DNA of 32,000 bases from Candidatus Electronema halotolerans (GCA_942493095.1 OW818675.1:2640001-2672000); one strand, 5' to 3'; numbered from the stretch's first letter, positions 1 through 8,491 are shown. Notes: generated from the letters alone by a model not told the origin. A program made the numbers and translations.

Positions 1-975
1 CCGGTCAATCAGCTCCTTGTCCTCAAAGTAGGCCGCGATCTTGCGCAGGGACTTGGCCGTGGCCGCAGCCCCGATAAAGTTGACCTTGATCCACGGGATG
101 CCGTACTTGGTCTCCAGCATGTCAGCCACATAGTTGATCGAGCGGTGACACATGACCGCGTTCAGATCAGCCTGATGGGCTGTGGCGAACTGCGTGTAGG
201 TCGAGTTGCCGGAGAAGGTGGCCACGTTGGTGATGCCGCACTTCTTGAAGATCCGGTCAATCTCAAAGCCGTCGCCGCCGATGTTGTACTCGCCCAGCAG
301 GTTGATCTTGAACTTGCCCGCAACCGGCTTGTCGTTCTCACCGACAATATGACGGAAGACCTGGTTGTTGGCAATGTGATGCCCGGCGGACTGGGACACG
401 CCCTTGTAGCCCTCGCAGCTGAAGGCGTACACGTTGCAGTCGCCGAACTTCTCCTTCATCTTCCGCGCCACGGTGTGAATGTCGTCACCGATCAGGCCGA
501 CCGGACAGGTGGCGAAGATGGCAATGGACTTGGGATGAAAGAGGTCATACGCCTCCTGAATCGCTGCGGCCAGCTTCTTCTCCCCGCCGAAGATGATGTC
601 CTGATCCTGCATGTCGGTCGAGAACGCATAGGTCATGAAGTTCTCGCCGTCCGGCCCTTCCGGCCCCGGATCAGTCTGGTTGCGCCGGGTCAGCCAGGCG
701 TAGAAGCTGCATCCTATCGGCCCATGCACCAAGTTGACGATGTCGCGGGTCGGCCCCATGATAACGCCTTTGCAGCCCGCGTAGGTGCAGCCCCGCATGG
801 TGATGATGCCCGGAATGGTGCGCACGTTGGCCGTGATCTCCGGCGTGCCGTTCTCCAGGGCCTCGTTGATCATGATCTGCTTGGCGCGCTTGCGGGCCAC
901 TTTGGGCGGATACTTGGCCAGCAGTTCGGCCTTGATCTCCGCAGGCTCCATCGGCACCGTTGCTTTCTTTGTCAT
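1..975 (-). CDS. nifD: Nitrogenase MoFe-protein alpha chain NifD, N-terminal 325 codons; the C-terminus runs off the left edge
   Basis: Absent from the ORF track because it is truncated by the window edge. Manual minus-strand translation from ATG (975-973) gives MTKKATVPMEPAEIKAELLAKYPPKV..VHGPIGCSFYAW..FSTDMQDQDIIFGGEKKL..CPVGLIGDDI..CEGYKGVSQSAGHHIAN.., which are typical NifD cluster-ligand blocks. A GGAGG RBS lies upstream. Gene order is nifH-I1-I2-D. Confidence 0.9.
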   Translation of the reverse strand, partial: MTKKATVPMEPAEIKAELLAKYPPKVARKRAKQIMINEALENGTPEITANVRTIPGIITMRGCTYAGCKGVIMGPTRDIVNLVHGPIGCSFYAWLTRRNQTDPGPEGPDGENFMTYAFSTDMQDQDIIFGGEKKLAAAIQEAYDLFHPKSIAIFATCPVGLIGDDIHTVARKMKEKFGDCNVYAFSCEGYKGVSQSAGHHIANNQVFRHIVGENDKPVAGKFKINLLGEYNIGGDGFEIDRIFKKCGITNVATFSGNSTYTQFATAHQADLNAVMCHRSINYVADMLETKYGIPWIKVNFIGAAATAKSLRKIAAYFEDKELIDR

Positions 976-1001
976 ATCGTTTCTCTTCCTCCGTGAATAG
1001 C

Positions 1002-1376
1002 TCAGGCTATAGCCGCCTCGCCTTTTTCCGCTGTGCGCACGCGCACCGCATCCATCACCGGCATGACAAATATCTTGCCGTCGCCCGGCTTGCCGGTCTG
1101 GTTGACTTTGATGATCGCCTGAACCACGTCATCTACTTGGTCATCCTCAACCACCACTGTGACCACGCGCTTGGGATAGAGCTTGCCCTTCTCGCCCAGC
1201 ACTGCCGCCGCTTCCTCGTAGCCTTGATCAACCCCTTCCAAGACCTTGGGATTGGCAAAGCCTTTGCCCCGGCCTTGCGCCTCACGGACAAAGTAGGCGG
1301 CAATACCTGCGTCGCTGAGGGCCTTCTTGGTCTGATTCATCATATTGATGCGCACGACCGCGATGACCTCTTTCAT
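1002..1376 (-). CDS. nifI2: PII-family nitrogenase regulator NifI2 (GlnB-like)
   Basis: 124-aa PII fold with an extended T-loop region (RGKGFANPKVLEGVDQGYEEAAAVLGEKGKLYPKR) and C-terminal GDGKIFV. Its ATG overlaps the nifI1 stop (ATGA). It sits between nifI1 and nifD. Confidence 0.85.
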   Translation of the reverse strand: MKEVIAVVRINMMNQTKKALSDAGIAAYFVREAQGRGKGFANPKVLEGVDQGYEEAAAVLGEKGKLYPKRVVTVVVEDDQVDDVVQAIIKVNQTGKPGDGKIFVMPVMDAVRVRTAEKGEAAIA

Positions 1377-1723
1377 GCCGCTGCCTCCTCTGCTGCCGCG
1401 CCTTCCTTCACGCCGGAGCTGACCGTATAGACTTCCTCAACCGCGCTGACAAAGATCTTGCCGTCGCCGAACGCGCCCTTACCAGCGGTGCGGGCCGTGT
1501 CCATGATGGTTTGGATGACAAAATCCTTGTCTTCGTCCCGAACCACCAGCATCAGCATCATCTTGGGAATCTCATCGTAGGTCACATCGCCGATTTTGAT
1601 GCCCCGTTGCTTGCCGCGTCCGGCCACTGCGTATTTGGTGACTGCTGGGAAGCCCGCATCCATAAGAGCGGCCAGCACGTCGTCTGATTTTTCCGGCCTG
1701 ATTATTGCTCTGATCATCAACAT
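1373..1723 (-). CDS. nifI1: PII-family nitrogenase regulator NifI1 (GlnB-like)
   Basis: MLMIRAIIRPEKSDDVLAALMDAGFPAVTKYAVAGRGKQRG...GDGKIFVS is a PII signature. I place the start at ATG 1723, with AGGAG 10 nt upstream, not at the track start 1825, which adds a non-PII leader. Confidence 0.85.
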   Translation of the reverse strand: MLMIRAIIRPEKSDDVLAALMDAGFPAVTKYAVAGRGKQRGIKIGDVTYDEIPKMMLMLVVRDEDKDFVIQTIMDTARTAGKGAFGDGKIFVSAVEEVYTVSSGVKEGAAAEEAAA

Positions 1724-1759
1724 GATTTGTTTTCTCCTGAATAATTCATTCAATCCGCA

Positions 1760-1782
1760 GGGGCGGCCCCCTGTGGCCGCCC
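1760..1782. other. GC-rich hairpin in the nifH-nifI1 spacer (GGGGCGGCC-N6-GGCCGCCC)
   Basis: Read directly from sequence. The 8-9 bp G/C stem is followed by TTTTC on the plus strand only, so it looks like an intrinsic terminator in the orientation antisense to nif. Confidence 0.5.
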
Positions 1783-1828
1783 TTTTCGGCGCATAGCCTG
1801 CCCCTGCGCCATTTGCATTGCCCAATCC

Positions 1829-1856
1829 GTAGGGGCGAAAAATTTTTCGCCCCTAC
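1829..1856. repeat. Perfect 28-nt palindrome GTAGGGGCGAAAAATTTTTCGCCCCTAC just downstream of the nifH stop
   Basis: Read directly; the two 14-nt arms are exact reverse complements. It lies 11 nt after the nifH stop codon at 1867. Confidence 0.9.
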
Positions 1857-1866
1857 ACCGCCCGCA

Positions 1867-2709
<843 letters not shown>

Positions 2710-2756
2710 TCATTAGGATGTCTGTTCAATGCTGATTCATTTCCTGCTTTGGACAT

Positions 2757-2772
2757 AGCAAGGGGCATGCCA
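2757..2772 (-). promoter_or_regulatory. Sigma-54 (-24/-12) promoter of the nif operon
   Basis: The minus strand reads TGGCAT-GCCCC-TTGCT, with GG and GC at exactly the consensus spacing (TGGCAC-N5-TTGCW). It lies about 65 nt upstream of the nifH ATG. rpoN is encoded in this same window. Confidence 0.6.
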
Positions 2773-2871
2773 ATCTGCGGAGAATGGAAAAATATGCAGC
2801 AATGCAGGGATGATGACAGGTTGCGAGGCGGATTGCCCTGTGACTGCGGCAAGACGCAGGACAGGTCTTTT

Positions 2872-2887
2872 TGCAGGAAGAGTTACA
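2872..2887. promoter_or_regulatory. Candidate enhancer-binding-protein UAS, NifA-like with one mismatch (TGC-N10-ACA)
   Basis: TGCAGGAAGAGTTACA lies about 100-115 bp upstream of the -24 element. It departs from TGT-N10-ACA at one position. Confidence 0.3.
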
Positions 2888-2910
2888 AATACGAAACAGA
2901 AAGACGTTTT

Positions 2911-2926
2911 TGTGCAGAAGACGACT
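2911..2926. promoter_or_regulatory. Second candidate UAS, one mismatch (TGT-N10-ACT)
   Basis: TGTGCAGAAGACGACT is centred 39 bp from the first site. The flanking TTTTTG(TG)CAG(G)AAGA context is similar at both sites. Confidence 0.25.
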
Positions 2927-2955
2927 GCGCTGTCCTGTCTGATTGCAAGGAGGGA

Positions 2956-2974
2956 CCCGGAGCATTACTCCGGG
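2956..2974 (-). terminator. Possible terminator hairpin after the binding-protein gene
   Basis: CCCGGAG-N5-CTCCGGG, a 7-bp stem about 20 nt after the stop at 2993. The downstream tract on the minus strand is only weakly T-rich. Confidence 0.3.
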
Positions 2975-2992
2975 GCTTGTTTGTCACGGGCA

Positions 2993-4174
2993 TCAATCCG
3001 GGCAGATTGACTTGTAGAACTCGTACTCGCCCTTGTCGCTGATCTTGACAATCACGGCGCACTTTTTGGGATCACCAGTGCCGGAGAAAGTCATCTTGCC
3101 GGTGATACCGTCAAAGTCCTTGATCTGGGCCAAGGCATCCCGCACCGCCTTGCGGTCCTGCTTGATGTTGCCGCTCAGGCCGCCGGAGCTTTCAATCGCT
3201 TTCTTAGCCAAGCCCAAGGCATCCCAGGTCAGGGCGGCGACATCATCTGGCACATAGCCGTATTTGGCTTTGTAGCGGTCAATAAAGGCTTTGGTCGCTC
3301 CCTGCGCGCCAGCGGCGGCATAATGAGTGCTGAAGAACTGGCCGTAGCAGGCTGGGCCGCAGAGCTGCACAGTCTCGGCAGAACCCCAGCTGTCGCTGCC
3401 CACTATCGGCCCGTTCCAGCCCAGAGCCTTGGCCTGCTGGACAATCAAGGCCACCTCGTTGTAATATTGCGGCGTGAACAGCACTTGCGCGCCAGAATGG
3501 ATGATCTTGGTGAGCTGCGAGCTGAAATCGGTGTCCTTGGTGGTGAAGCTCTCATAAGCAACCACTGAGCCGGGGCCGTGCTTCTCCTCCCACGCCTTTT
3601 TGAAGAACTCAGCCAAGCCCTTGGGATAGTCACTGGCCACGTCGTAGAGCACTGCCGCCTTGCTGAACTTGAACTCGTCGCTGATGAAGTTGGCCAGCAC
3701 CGGCCCTTGGAAGGGATCAAGGAAGCAGGCCCGGAACACATAGGGCCGTCCGGCAGTGGTGTCCGGGTTGGTTGACCACGGGCTGATCATCGGGGTCTGA
3801 TAGTTGTTGGCCACGTCGCCTGCCGGGATGGCCTCTTTGGAAGACTGCGGGCCAATGATGATCAGGACATCATCCTGGGCGATCAGTTTGGTGCTGGCCT
3901 TGACTGCTGATTCGGCCTTGGATTCGCTGTCCTCAATCACCAGCTCGACCGGATGCTTCGTGCCATTGACCTCAATGCCGCCCGCCCTGTTCACGTCCTC
4001 CAGCCACAGTTCCGCCGCATACTTGGTGCCTTCGCCAACCTTGGGAATGTCGCCGGTGATGGGCGCGTTGATGCCCACCTTGATGGGCCGCTGCCGTTCC
4101 GAGCGGCAGGAGGTCAAAGCAAAACAGAAGGCCAGCGCAGAGAGCGCGGCAGCACATCGAGCCAGTTTGTTCAT
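2993..4174 (-). CDS. ABC transporter periplasmic substrate-binding lipoprotein, LivK / branched-chain amino acid (PBP type 1) family
   Basis: MNKLARCAAALSALAFCFALTSC is a signal peptide with an LTSC lipobox, followed by IKVGINAPITGD...GPQSS.., typical of Leu/Ile/Val-type binding proteins. I place the start at ATG 4174 (AGGAG 8 nt upstream) rather than the track start 4285. Confidence 0.8.
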   Translation of the reverse strand: MNKLARCAAALSALAFCFALTSCRSERQRPIKVGINAPITGDIPKVGEGTKYAAELWLEDVNRAGGIEVNGTKHPVELVIEDSESKAESAVKASTKLIAQDDVLIIIGPQSSKEAIPAGDVANNYQTPMISPWSTNPDTTAGRPYVFRACFLDPFQGPVLANFISDEFKFSKAAVLYDVASDYPKGLAEFFKKAWEEKHGPGSVVAYESFTTKDTDFSSQLTKIIHSGAQVLFTPQYYNEVALIVQQAKALGWNGPIVGSDSWGSAETVQLCGPACYGQFFSTHYAAAGAQGATKAFIDRYKAKYGYVPDDVAALTWDALGLAKKAIESSGGLSGNIKQDRKAVRDALAQIKDFDGITGKMTFSGTGDPKKCAVIVKISDKGEYEFYKSICPD

Positions 4175-4369
4175 CAGCAAATCTCCTTTCATCATATTCA
4201 GCATTCTATGCAAAGCGCAGCAGACCAGCCGGAATGGCGGACCAGCCCGCCCATCGTAGGCAGTCTGCCGTCTTTTGTCAAGCACTTCAGGAGGCTGTCA
4301 GGTCGCAGGCGGTGCTGTCTTTCAACCGCTGCAAAAGCCGCGCTTGGAGCTTGCATCAACGTTTCCCTG

Positions 4370-4398
4370 TTGACAGGAGCAGATGCGCTGCTTAAACT
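4370..4398 (+). promoter_or_regulatory. Candidate sigma-70 promoter (TTGACA-17-TAAACT)
   Basis: A consensus -35, a 17-nt spacer and a TAnnnT -10, read from sequence. It would give a roughly 235-nt leader before the DUF4395-like gene. Confidence 0.25.
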
Positions 4399-4638
4399 GA
4401 CTGGCCAGCAACAGCCGCCAATTGCATAAGTCCATGATTATGACGACAATGCAGCGGCCTCTGGGTGCTGCTCCGCAACGACTGCGAGGCAGGCTGGTGA
4501 ATGCGCTGGATGTCAGGGCAGCCTGAACGGCAGATCGCGGGCCGAAGCGGGCAAAGCCAAATTTTTCATGCAGCTGCTGCTGTTCCCGAAATCAGGGGCA
4601 GGCAGTTGCAATCAAACAACCTTGCAGGAGATGCACTT

Positions 4639-5073
4639 ATGAACGCCATGTGTCCGGTGTCTTTCGTCAAAGTCAATGAGAACGCTGTCCGCATCACTGC
4701 GGCCCAGGCCGTGCTGGCCATTCTTCTTTTCCTTTTCAGCCCTTTGAAATGGGTCATCCTGATTGTTGCCGCAGATTTCTTTGTCCGTGGTTTCGGGCAG
4801 CCGAAATACAGCCCCTTTGCCAAGGTCAGCAAGAAAATCCTTGAGCTTGTCAAGGTCAAGCCGGTCATGACCGATGCTGCGCCGAAAATCTTTGCCGCCA
4901 GAATAGGCTTTTTGTTTTCCTGTCTGCTGACCGCCTGCTGGATCTTGGATTTGAGCTTTGCTGCCTTGATCATCGGCCTGATGTTCGCAGCCTGCGCCTT
5001 TCTTGAAGCCGCCTTCCGTTTCTGCATTGCCTGCAAGATGTACCCGTTGGTCTGCAAAATAAAGGCAAGCTGA
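4639..5073 (+). CDS. DUF4395-like small integral membrane protein
   Basis: 144 aa starting MNAMCPVSFVKVNENAVRITAAQ, with several hydrophobic spans and a C-terminal FRFCIACKMY motif as in DUF4395 proteins. GCAGGAG RBS 8 nt upstream of ATG 4639. Confidence 0.6.
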   Translation: MNAMCPVSFVKVNENAVRITAAQAVLAILLFLFSPLKWVILIVAADFFVRGFGQPKYSPFAKVSKKILELVKVKPVMTDAAPKIFAARIGFLFSCLLTACWILDLSFAALIIGLMFAACAFLEAAFRFCIACKMYPLVCKIKAS

Positions 5074-5228
5074 ATCCCTCCTGCCCGCTTCTCCGCACTC
5101 TTTGACTCAAGCGGCGACATGCTGACAACTGCGCCAAGGCTGATCCCGGCCTGCGGCGCAGGCGTGGCCAAGGCCTTGGGGTTGTAGTTTCCAGCAGCAG
5201 AAGGACGGATGAGGCGCAGTCAACATAT

Positions 5229-5251
5229 TGCGGATTCAAGTTCCAAGCGCA
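5229..5251. repeat. Direct repeat copy A (TGCGGATTCAAGTTCCAAGCGCA)
   Basis: Exact 23/23 match to 8469-8491 in the same orientation. Identity stops at both ends of the repeat. Confidence 0.9.
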
Positions 5252-5563
5252 TAACCGTTCAAAATCAATGCGGTGCTGATGATAGATCAGATAGACTTCA
5301 ACGATGAATCGGGCTATTCTGCCGTTTCCGTCATTGAACGGGTGGATGTACACAAATCTCTGATAAAAGCTGGCTGCAACAGCCTCATGCCAAGGCCCGA
5401 AGCCGCCATGATTGTTGACCGCCTCCACCCATTTCCGCAGATATTCCCGCTTGCTGTGGGCCAGCTCATTGTCCTGCCCCTTGGTTTCCAAGATCAGGTG
5501 CGCCTCGTTGTTCAGCCGGATAATGCAATCAGGGGAATGATCTGAGCAGTATATGCTATTCAC
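5252..5563 (-). pseudogene. Chimeric gene remnant: restriction-endonuclease (Res/HsdR-type) C-terminal tail fused to an isolated Fic core motif
   Basis: aa 12-58 (DCIIRLNNEAHLILETKGQDNELAHSKREYLRKWVEAVNNHGGFGPW) resemble the conserved C-terminal tail of Res-type endonucleases. aa 74-85 are HPFNDGNGRIAR (5309-5344), a perfect Fic HxFx(D/E)GNGRxxR motif, but too little flanking sequence remains for a Fic domain. There is no proper start: only a GTG overlapping the upstream stop. The open frame runs through repeat copy A into the antisense of the next gene. Confidence 0.5.
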
Positions 5564-8448
5564 TCAGGCATTGCCACGCAATCATCAGTAATGAATGCGG
5601 CAGGATTTTTTATCGTCGGCGGCAAACCAGGGCCGATTATTTTTTCTCCCAGTGCTTCTTTCTCCGCCAGCTCCTGATTCAACGCCAGAAGAAATGATAA
5701 AATATCGGCATTCTTTTTTATGCCATACGCAGAAAAAACAGCAGCATCAAGTTTGTCCTGCGCTTCGCTGACCGGATTGTCCGCTGTTTCTTCCATCACC
5801 CGATACAAATCACGCATGGTCATTTTGTGTTGCTGCATGACGCTGCGCCGGGTCGAACGCAGCGCAACCGCCCGCTCGGCAACAGCTTTAATCTGCTTTG
5901 CAGATGCCATCTGCGGCCAAGGAAAAGAATCAAAAACACTGTTGGACGTGTATCGAAATCTCTCTGTTAATGTTGAGCAGCGGGATGTGAACCATTCCCA
6001 ATGAACAATAGATTGCAAGATGCCAAAAGAGTAATCATCGGAAAGTGGAAAAACTTGAATTGCGTCATTTGGATGTATCTTTGACGAGATAAACTCAAAA
6101 ACAGGTCGTTTTGTAACACGTCCGCAAACACAGTAGCGTGGCAGTTTTTCTATGATGTCCATAAGTTCTTCACGAACACGCCAGAATTTCCACCATTTTT
6201 TAAAATGAGACTGTCTTGGCCCTACATCTTTTCCCGTATTTTTCCACTCTTTTTCAGCCTTCTTTTTCATTTCAGGATAAACTGTCTTGTGCAAGATATT
6301 GTATAGCACAGGATAGCTTTTTACAGAAAAAATATCGTGTTTTCGGAAATCAATCACATAGCGTTTTGGCAAAGAACCGAAAGAACCTATCATCTCGTCA
6401 GCGGTGAGAAATGGGAAAAGCACCTCTATGTATTTTTCATCTGAAGCAATCAGTTGCTCGGCTTCCTCACGTTTGAGAAGAAAACCTGAATGGCCATGTG
6501 TCTGTCCTTGAAAACATGCCTTTGATTCAACATTTGCCCGAAGCGTTTTAGCGGAAGTCAAATCAGCGGCAAGACTGAGCGCAGAGTTTATCTGCTCAAC
6601 TTCGTAATATTCAAACGGAGATTCTTTAGAGTCACCGCGTTGGAAAATCAGCTTCTTTTTTCCCGGCTCTTCGCCTTTCAGCCAGTTGACAATGGAAACA
6701 TGAACCGCCGCATCTCCAGACCAGACTTGCGTTGAGACCGCCTCAGTGATCGTGCCGCCTTTGCTGACAATGTAATCCAGCCCGCCTTCCCGCGAGTAAT
6801 TCTGGCGGATTGTGTTTGTGCCGACTAATCCAGCCCGCTGACCTGCCTGCATTTCCTCATGCGCCCGCCGGAACCAGTAAACGCAGTAATCAGCCCGGCC
6901 CGGAACATCCGCATAACGTGTCCGCACCCGCTCTATTTCCGCCCTGTCCATTTCAAGCTGCATCTTGTTTTTGGACTGATAGGGCGGATTTCCGATCACT
7001 GCATCAAAGGAGGGCCAAGCACAGAACAGCGCGTCATCACAGATGATGTTCTCCTCCAAGCGGTCAAGCGGCAGCCCTTCATCAAGAAGCAGCCCTAATG
7101 TCGATGTGAGCGGACTGATGCGCTTGTTCCATTCGTCGGCAGCCAGCTCCTTGCCGATCATCATGGTCATTTTCGCCACTTCCACTGCGACAGGCAGCAA
7201 GTCAATGCCGTGAAACTGCTTGGTTGAAACCCGCGACATGCCGAACTTGATGCTTTTCGATGACCGTTGAGAGTAATTGGCGGCAATTTTCTCGATGATC
7301 TGCATTTCAAGCTCTTTCAAGGCCCGGTATGCCACATAAAGAAAGTTGCCGCAGCCGCAGGCCGGGTCAAGCACCTTGAAATTGCCAAGCTCCTCGCGGA
7401 GGGCGGACAGTTTCTGAAGTGTGTCAGCCTGTTTCAGCTTCTCCTTCCACGGGCGGATGATGGTTGGATTGACAATTTTCAGAATATCCGCCTCATTGGT
7501 GAAGTGCGCCCCAAACTGATGCCGCTCTTTCACGTTCATGGTGCTTTCAAAAAGAGTGCCGAAAATCGCCGGATTGACATGCTTCCAGTTGAACTTGGCA
7601 GCCTTGCTGAGAAGGCTCAGGCTGTCCGCGTCCAGCTCCAGCGGCTCAACTGCGTCAAAAAGCCCGCCGTTGAAATACCTGACTTGCTTGAATCTGCCGC
7701 CCCGCGCCGCCTCCCTGCTTGCCATCTGCCTGAACAGGCCGCCAAAGAGATCATACGTGCTCTGTCCTCTTTGACAGTCACGAATCAGTTCAGTGAATAT
7801 GGTCTGCGGCAGAAGACCGAAATCTTCAGAAAACAGAGCAAGCACAGATTGCAGGAGAAATCTCTGCACCCTTGCCCGTTCTTCTTTTCGTTCAAAAATC
7901 AAATGCCGGAATATCTGGCCGACAACCTTTGCCGCTTCTTGCGAAATTTCTTCAACATTGCTGTGAAAGACCGGTTCCTTTCCCTCCTTGAGTAGGAAGT
8001 TGAAGGCGCTGGCCCGGTCAATTAGCTTATCGATGCTGATTTCATCCACCAGCGACAGGTGCTTATAGATCAAAAAATGATCAAAATTGCACAAAATGAC
8101 ATAGGTCGGCTTCTGCGCTCCCGGCCCGATGACAGTTTTCGGGTTCATTTCAATCCAGTAGTCACGCACCTGCGGAAAATGAGCGGCCAGATTCTTTTCC
8201 GCCTTTTTCTTCATTTCAATCAGCACGCCGTCAGTACCGGGCGGCGACCAGAGACAATCAGCAAATTTAGTCCGACCGGTGGTGTTGAATTTGATTCTTG
8301 CCTCAAGAACTCCATTTGCTTCGATAATGCCGCCATGACCAAAGGCCCGGAAAAGACGGTCACAGAAAAGCTGCGCTTCTCCTTTCTCATCACCTTTCAG
8401 TTTCTTGACGTAATCAACAAATTCTTGCAGCAGATGCTGATTTGACAT
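5560..8448 (-). CDS. MmeI-family (Type IIL/IIG) single-polypeptide restriction-modification enzyme: N-terminal PD-ExK nuclease, gamma-class N6-adenine methyltransferase and a target-recognition domain
   Basis: 962 aa. The nuclease motif is D64..E78-M-K80 in KFADCLWSPPGTDGVLIEMKKK (8209-8259). SAM motif I is VLDPACGCGNFL and catalytic motif IV is GNPPYQ (NPPY at 6979-6990). The C-terminal block RVTKRPVFEF...FGILQS..HWEWF...RYTSNSVFDSFPWP is typical of MmeI-like enzymes. Confidence 0.85.
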   Translation of the reverse strand: MSNQHLLQEFVDYVKKLKGDEKGEAQLFCDRLFRAFGHGGIIEANGVLEARIKFNTTGRTKFADCLWSPPGTDGVLIEMKKKAEKNLAAHFPQVRDYWIEMNPKTVIGPGAQKPTYVILCNFDHFLIYKHLSLVDEISIDKLIDRASAFNFLLKEGKEPVFHSNVEEISQEAAKVVGQIFRHLIFERKEERARVQRFLLQSVLALFSEDFGLLPQTIFTELIRDCQRGQSTYDLFGGLFRQMASREAARGGRFKQVRYFNGGLFDAVEPLELDADSLSLLSKAAKFNWKHVNPAIFGTLFESTMNVKERHQFGAHFTNEADILKIVNPTIIRPWKEKLKQADTLQKLSALREELGNFKVLDPACGCGNFLYVAYRALKELEMQIIEKIAANYSQRSSKSIKFGMSRVSTKQFHGIDLLPVAVEVAKMTMMIGKELAADEWNKRISPLTSTLGLLLDEGLPLDRLEENIICDDALFCAWPSFDAVIGNPPYQSKNKMQLEMDRAEIERVRTRYADVPGRADYCVYWFRRAHEEMQAGQRAGLVGTNTIRQNYSREGGLDYIVSKGGTITEAVSTQVWSGDAAVHVSIVNWLKGEEPGKKKLIFQRGDSKESPFEYYEVEQINSALSLAADLTSAKTLRANVESKACFQGQTHGHSGFLLKREEAEQLIASDEKYIEVLFPFLTADEMIGSFGSLPKRYVIDFRKHDIFSVKSYPVLYNILHKTVYPEMKKKAEKEWKNTGKDVGPRQSHFKKWWKFWRVREELMDIIEKLPRYCVCGRVTKRPVFEFISSKIHPNDAIQVFPLSDDYSFGILQSIVHWEWFTSRCSTLTERFRYTSNSVFDSFPWPQMASAKQIKAVAERAVALRSTRRSVMQQHKMTMRDLYRVMEETADNPVSEAQDKLDAAVFSAYGIKKNADILSFLLALNQELAEKEALGEKIIGPGLPPTIKNPAAFITDDCVAMPE

Positions 8449-8468
8449 AATAGACCTTTTTTTGTAAA

Positions 8469-8491
8469 TGCGGATTCAAGTTCCAAGCGCA
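8469..8491. repeat. Direct repeat copy B (TGCGGATTCAAGTTCCAAGCGCA)
   Basis: Exact copy of 5229-5251. It lies 21-43 nt upstream of the RM gene ATG (8448). Confidence 0.9.

Larger units (their letters stand above)
5229..8491. mobile_element. Putative integrated or decayed genomic islet carrying an RM gene, bounded by 23-bp direct repeats beside tRNA-Leu
   Basis: Direct repeats sit at both ends and the 3' side of tRNA-Leu is about 100 bp away. Spot counts of single 60-nt lines inside gave about 38-42% G+C, against about 55-65% in flanking core genes. No integrase or transposase is present. Confidence 0.45.

Noticed and set aside
145-996. 283-aa plus-strand ORF, the only ORF the track offers over the first kilobase
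   Set aside because: It is the antisense shadow of nifD. The minus strand translates into unmistakable NifD blocks, whereas the plus-strand product is low-complexity and Arg/Gly/Ala/Val-rich, as is typical of high-GC antisense frames.
5229-5251. The direct repeat as a duplicated tRNA 3' fragment (it contains a T-loop-like TTCAAGT)
   Set aside because: The flanking bases pair at only 3 of 5 positions for a T-stem. The sequence also does not match the T-arm or acceptor of the adjacent tRNA-Leu (GCGAGTTCGATTCTCGCTCCGGGCA), and the repeat lies beyond the tRNA terminator.
8469-8491. Sigma-54-like element inside repeat copy B (minus strand TGGAAC-TTGAA-TCCGCA) just upstream of the RM gene
   Set aside because: The GG-to-GC spacing is one nucleotide too long (N11 instead of N10) and the -12 region lacks TTGC. 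I do not call it a promoter.
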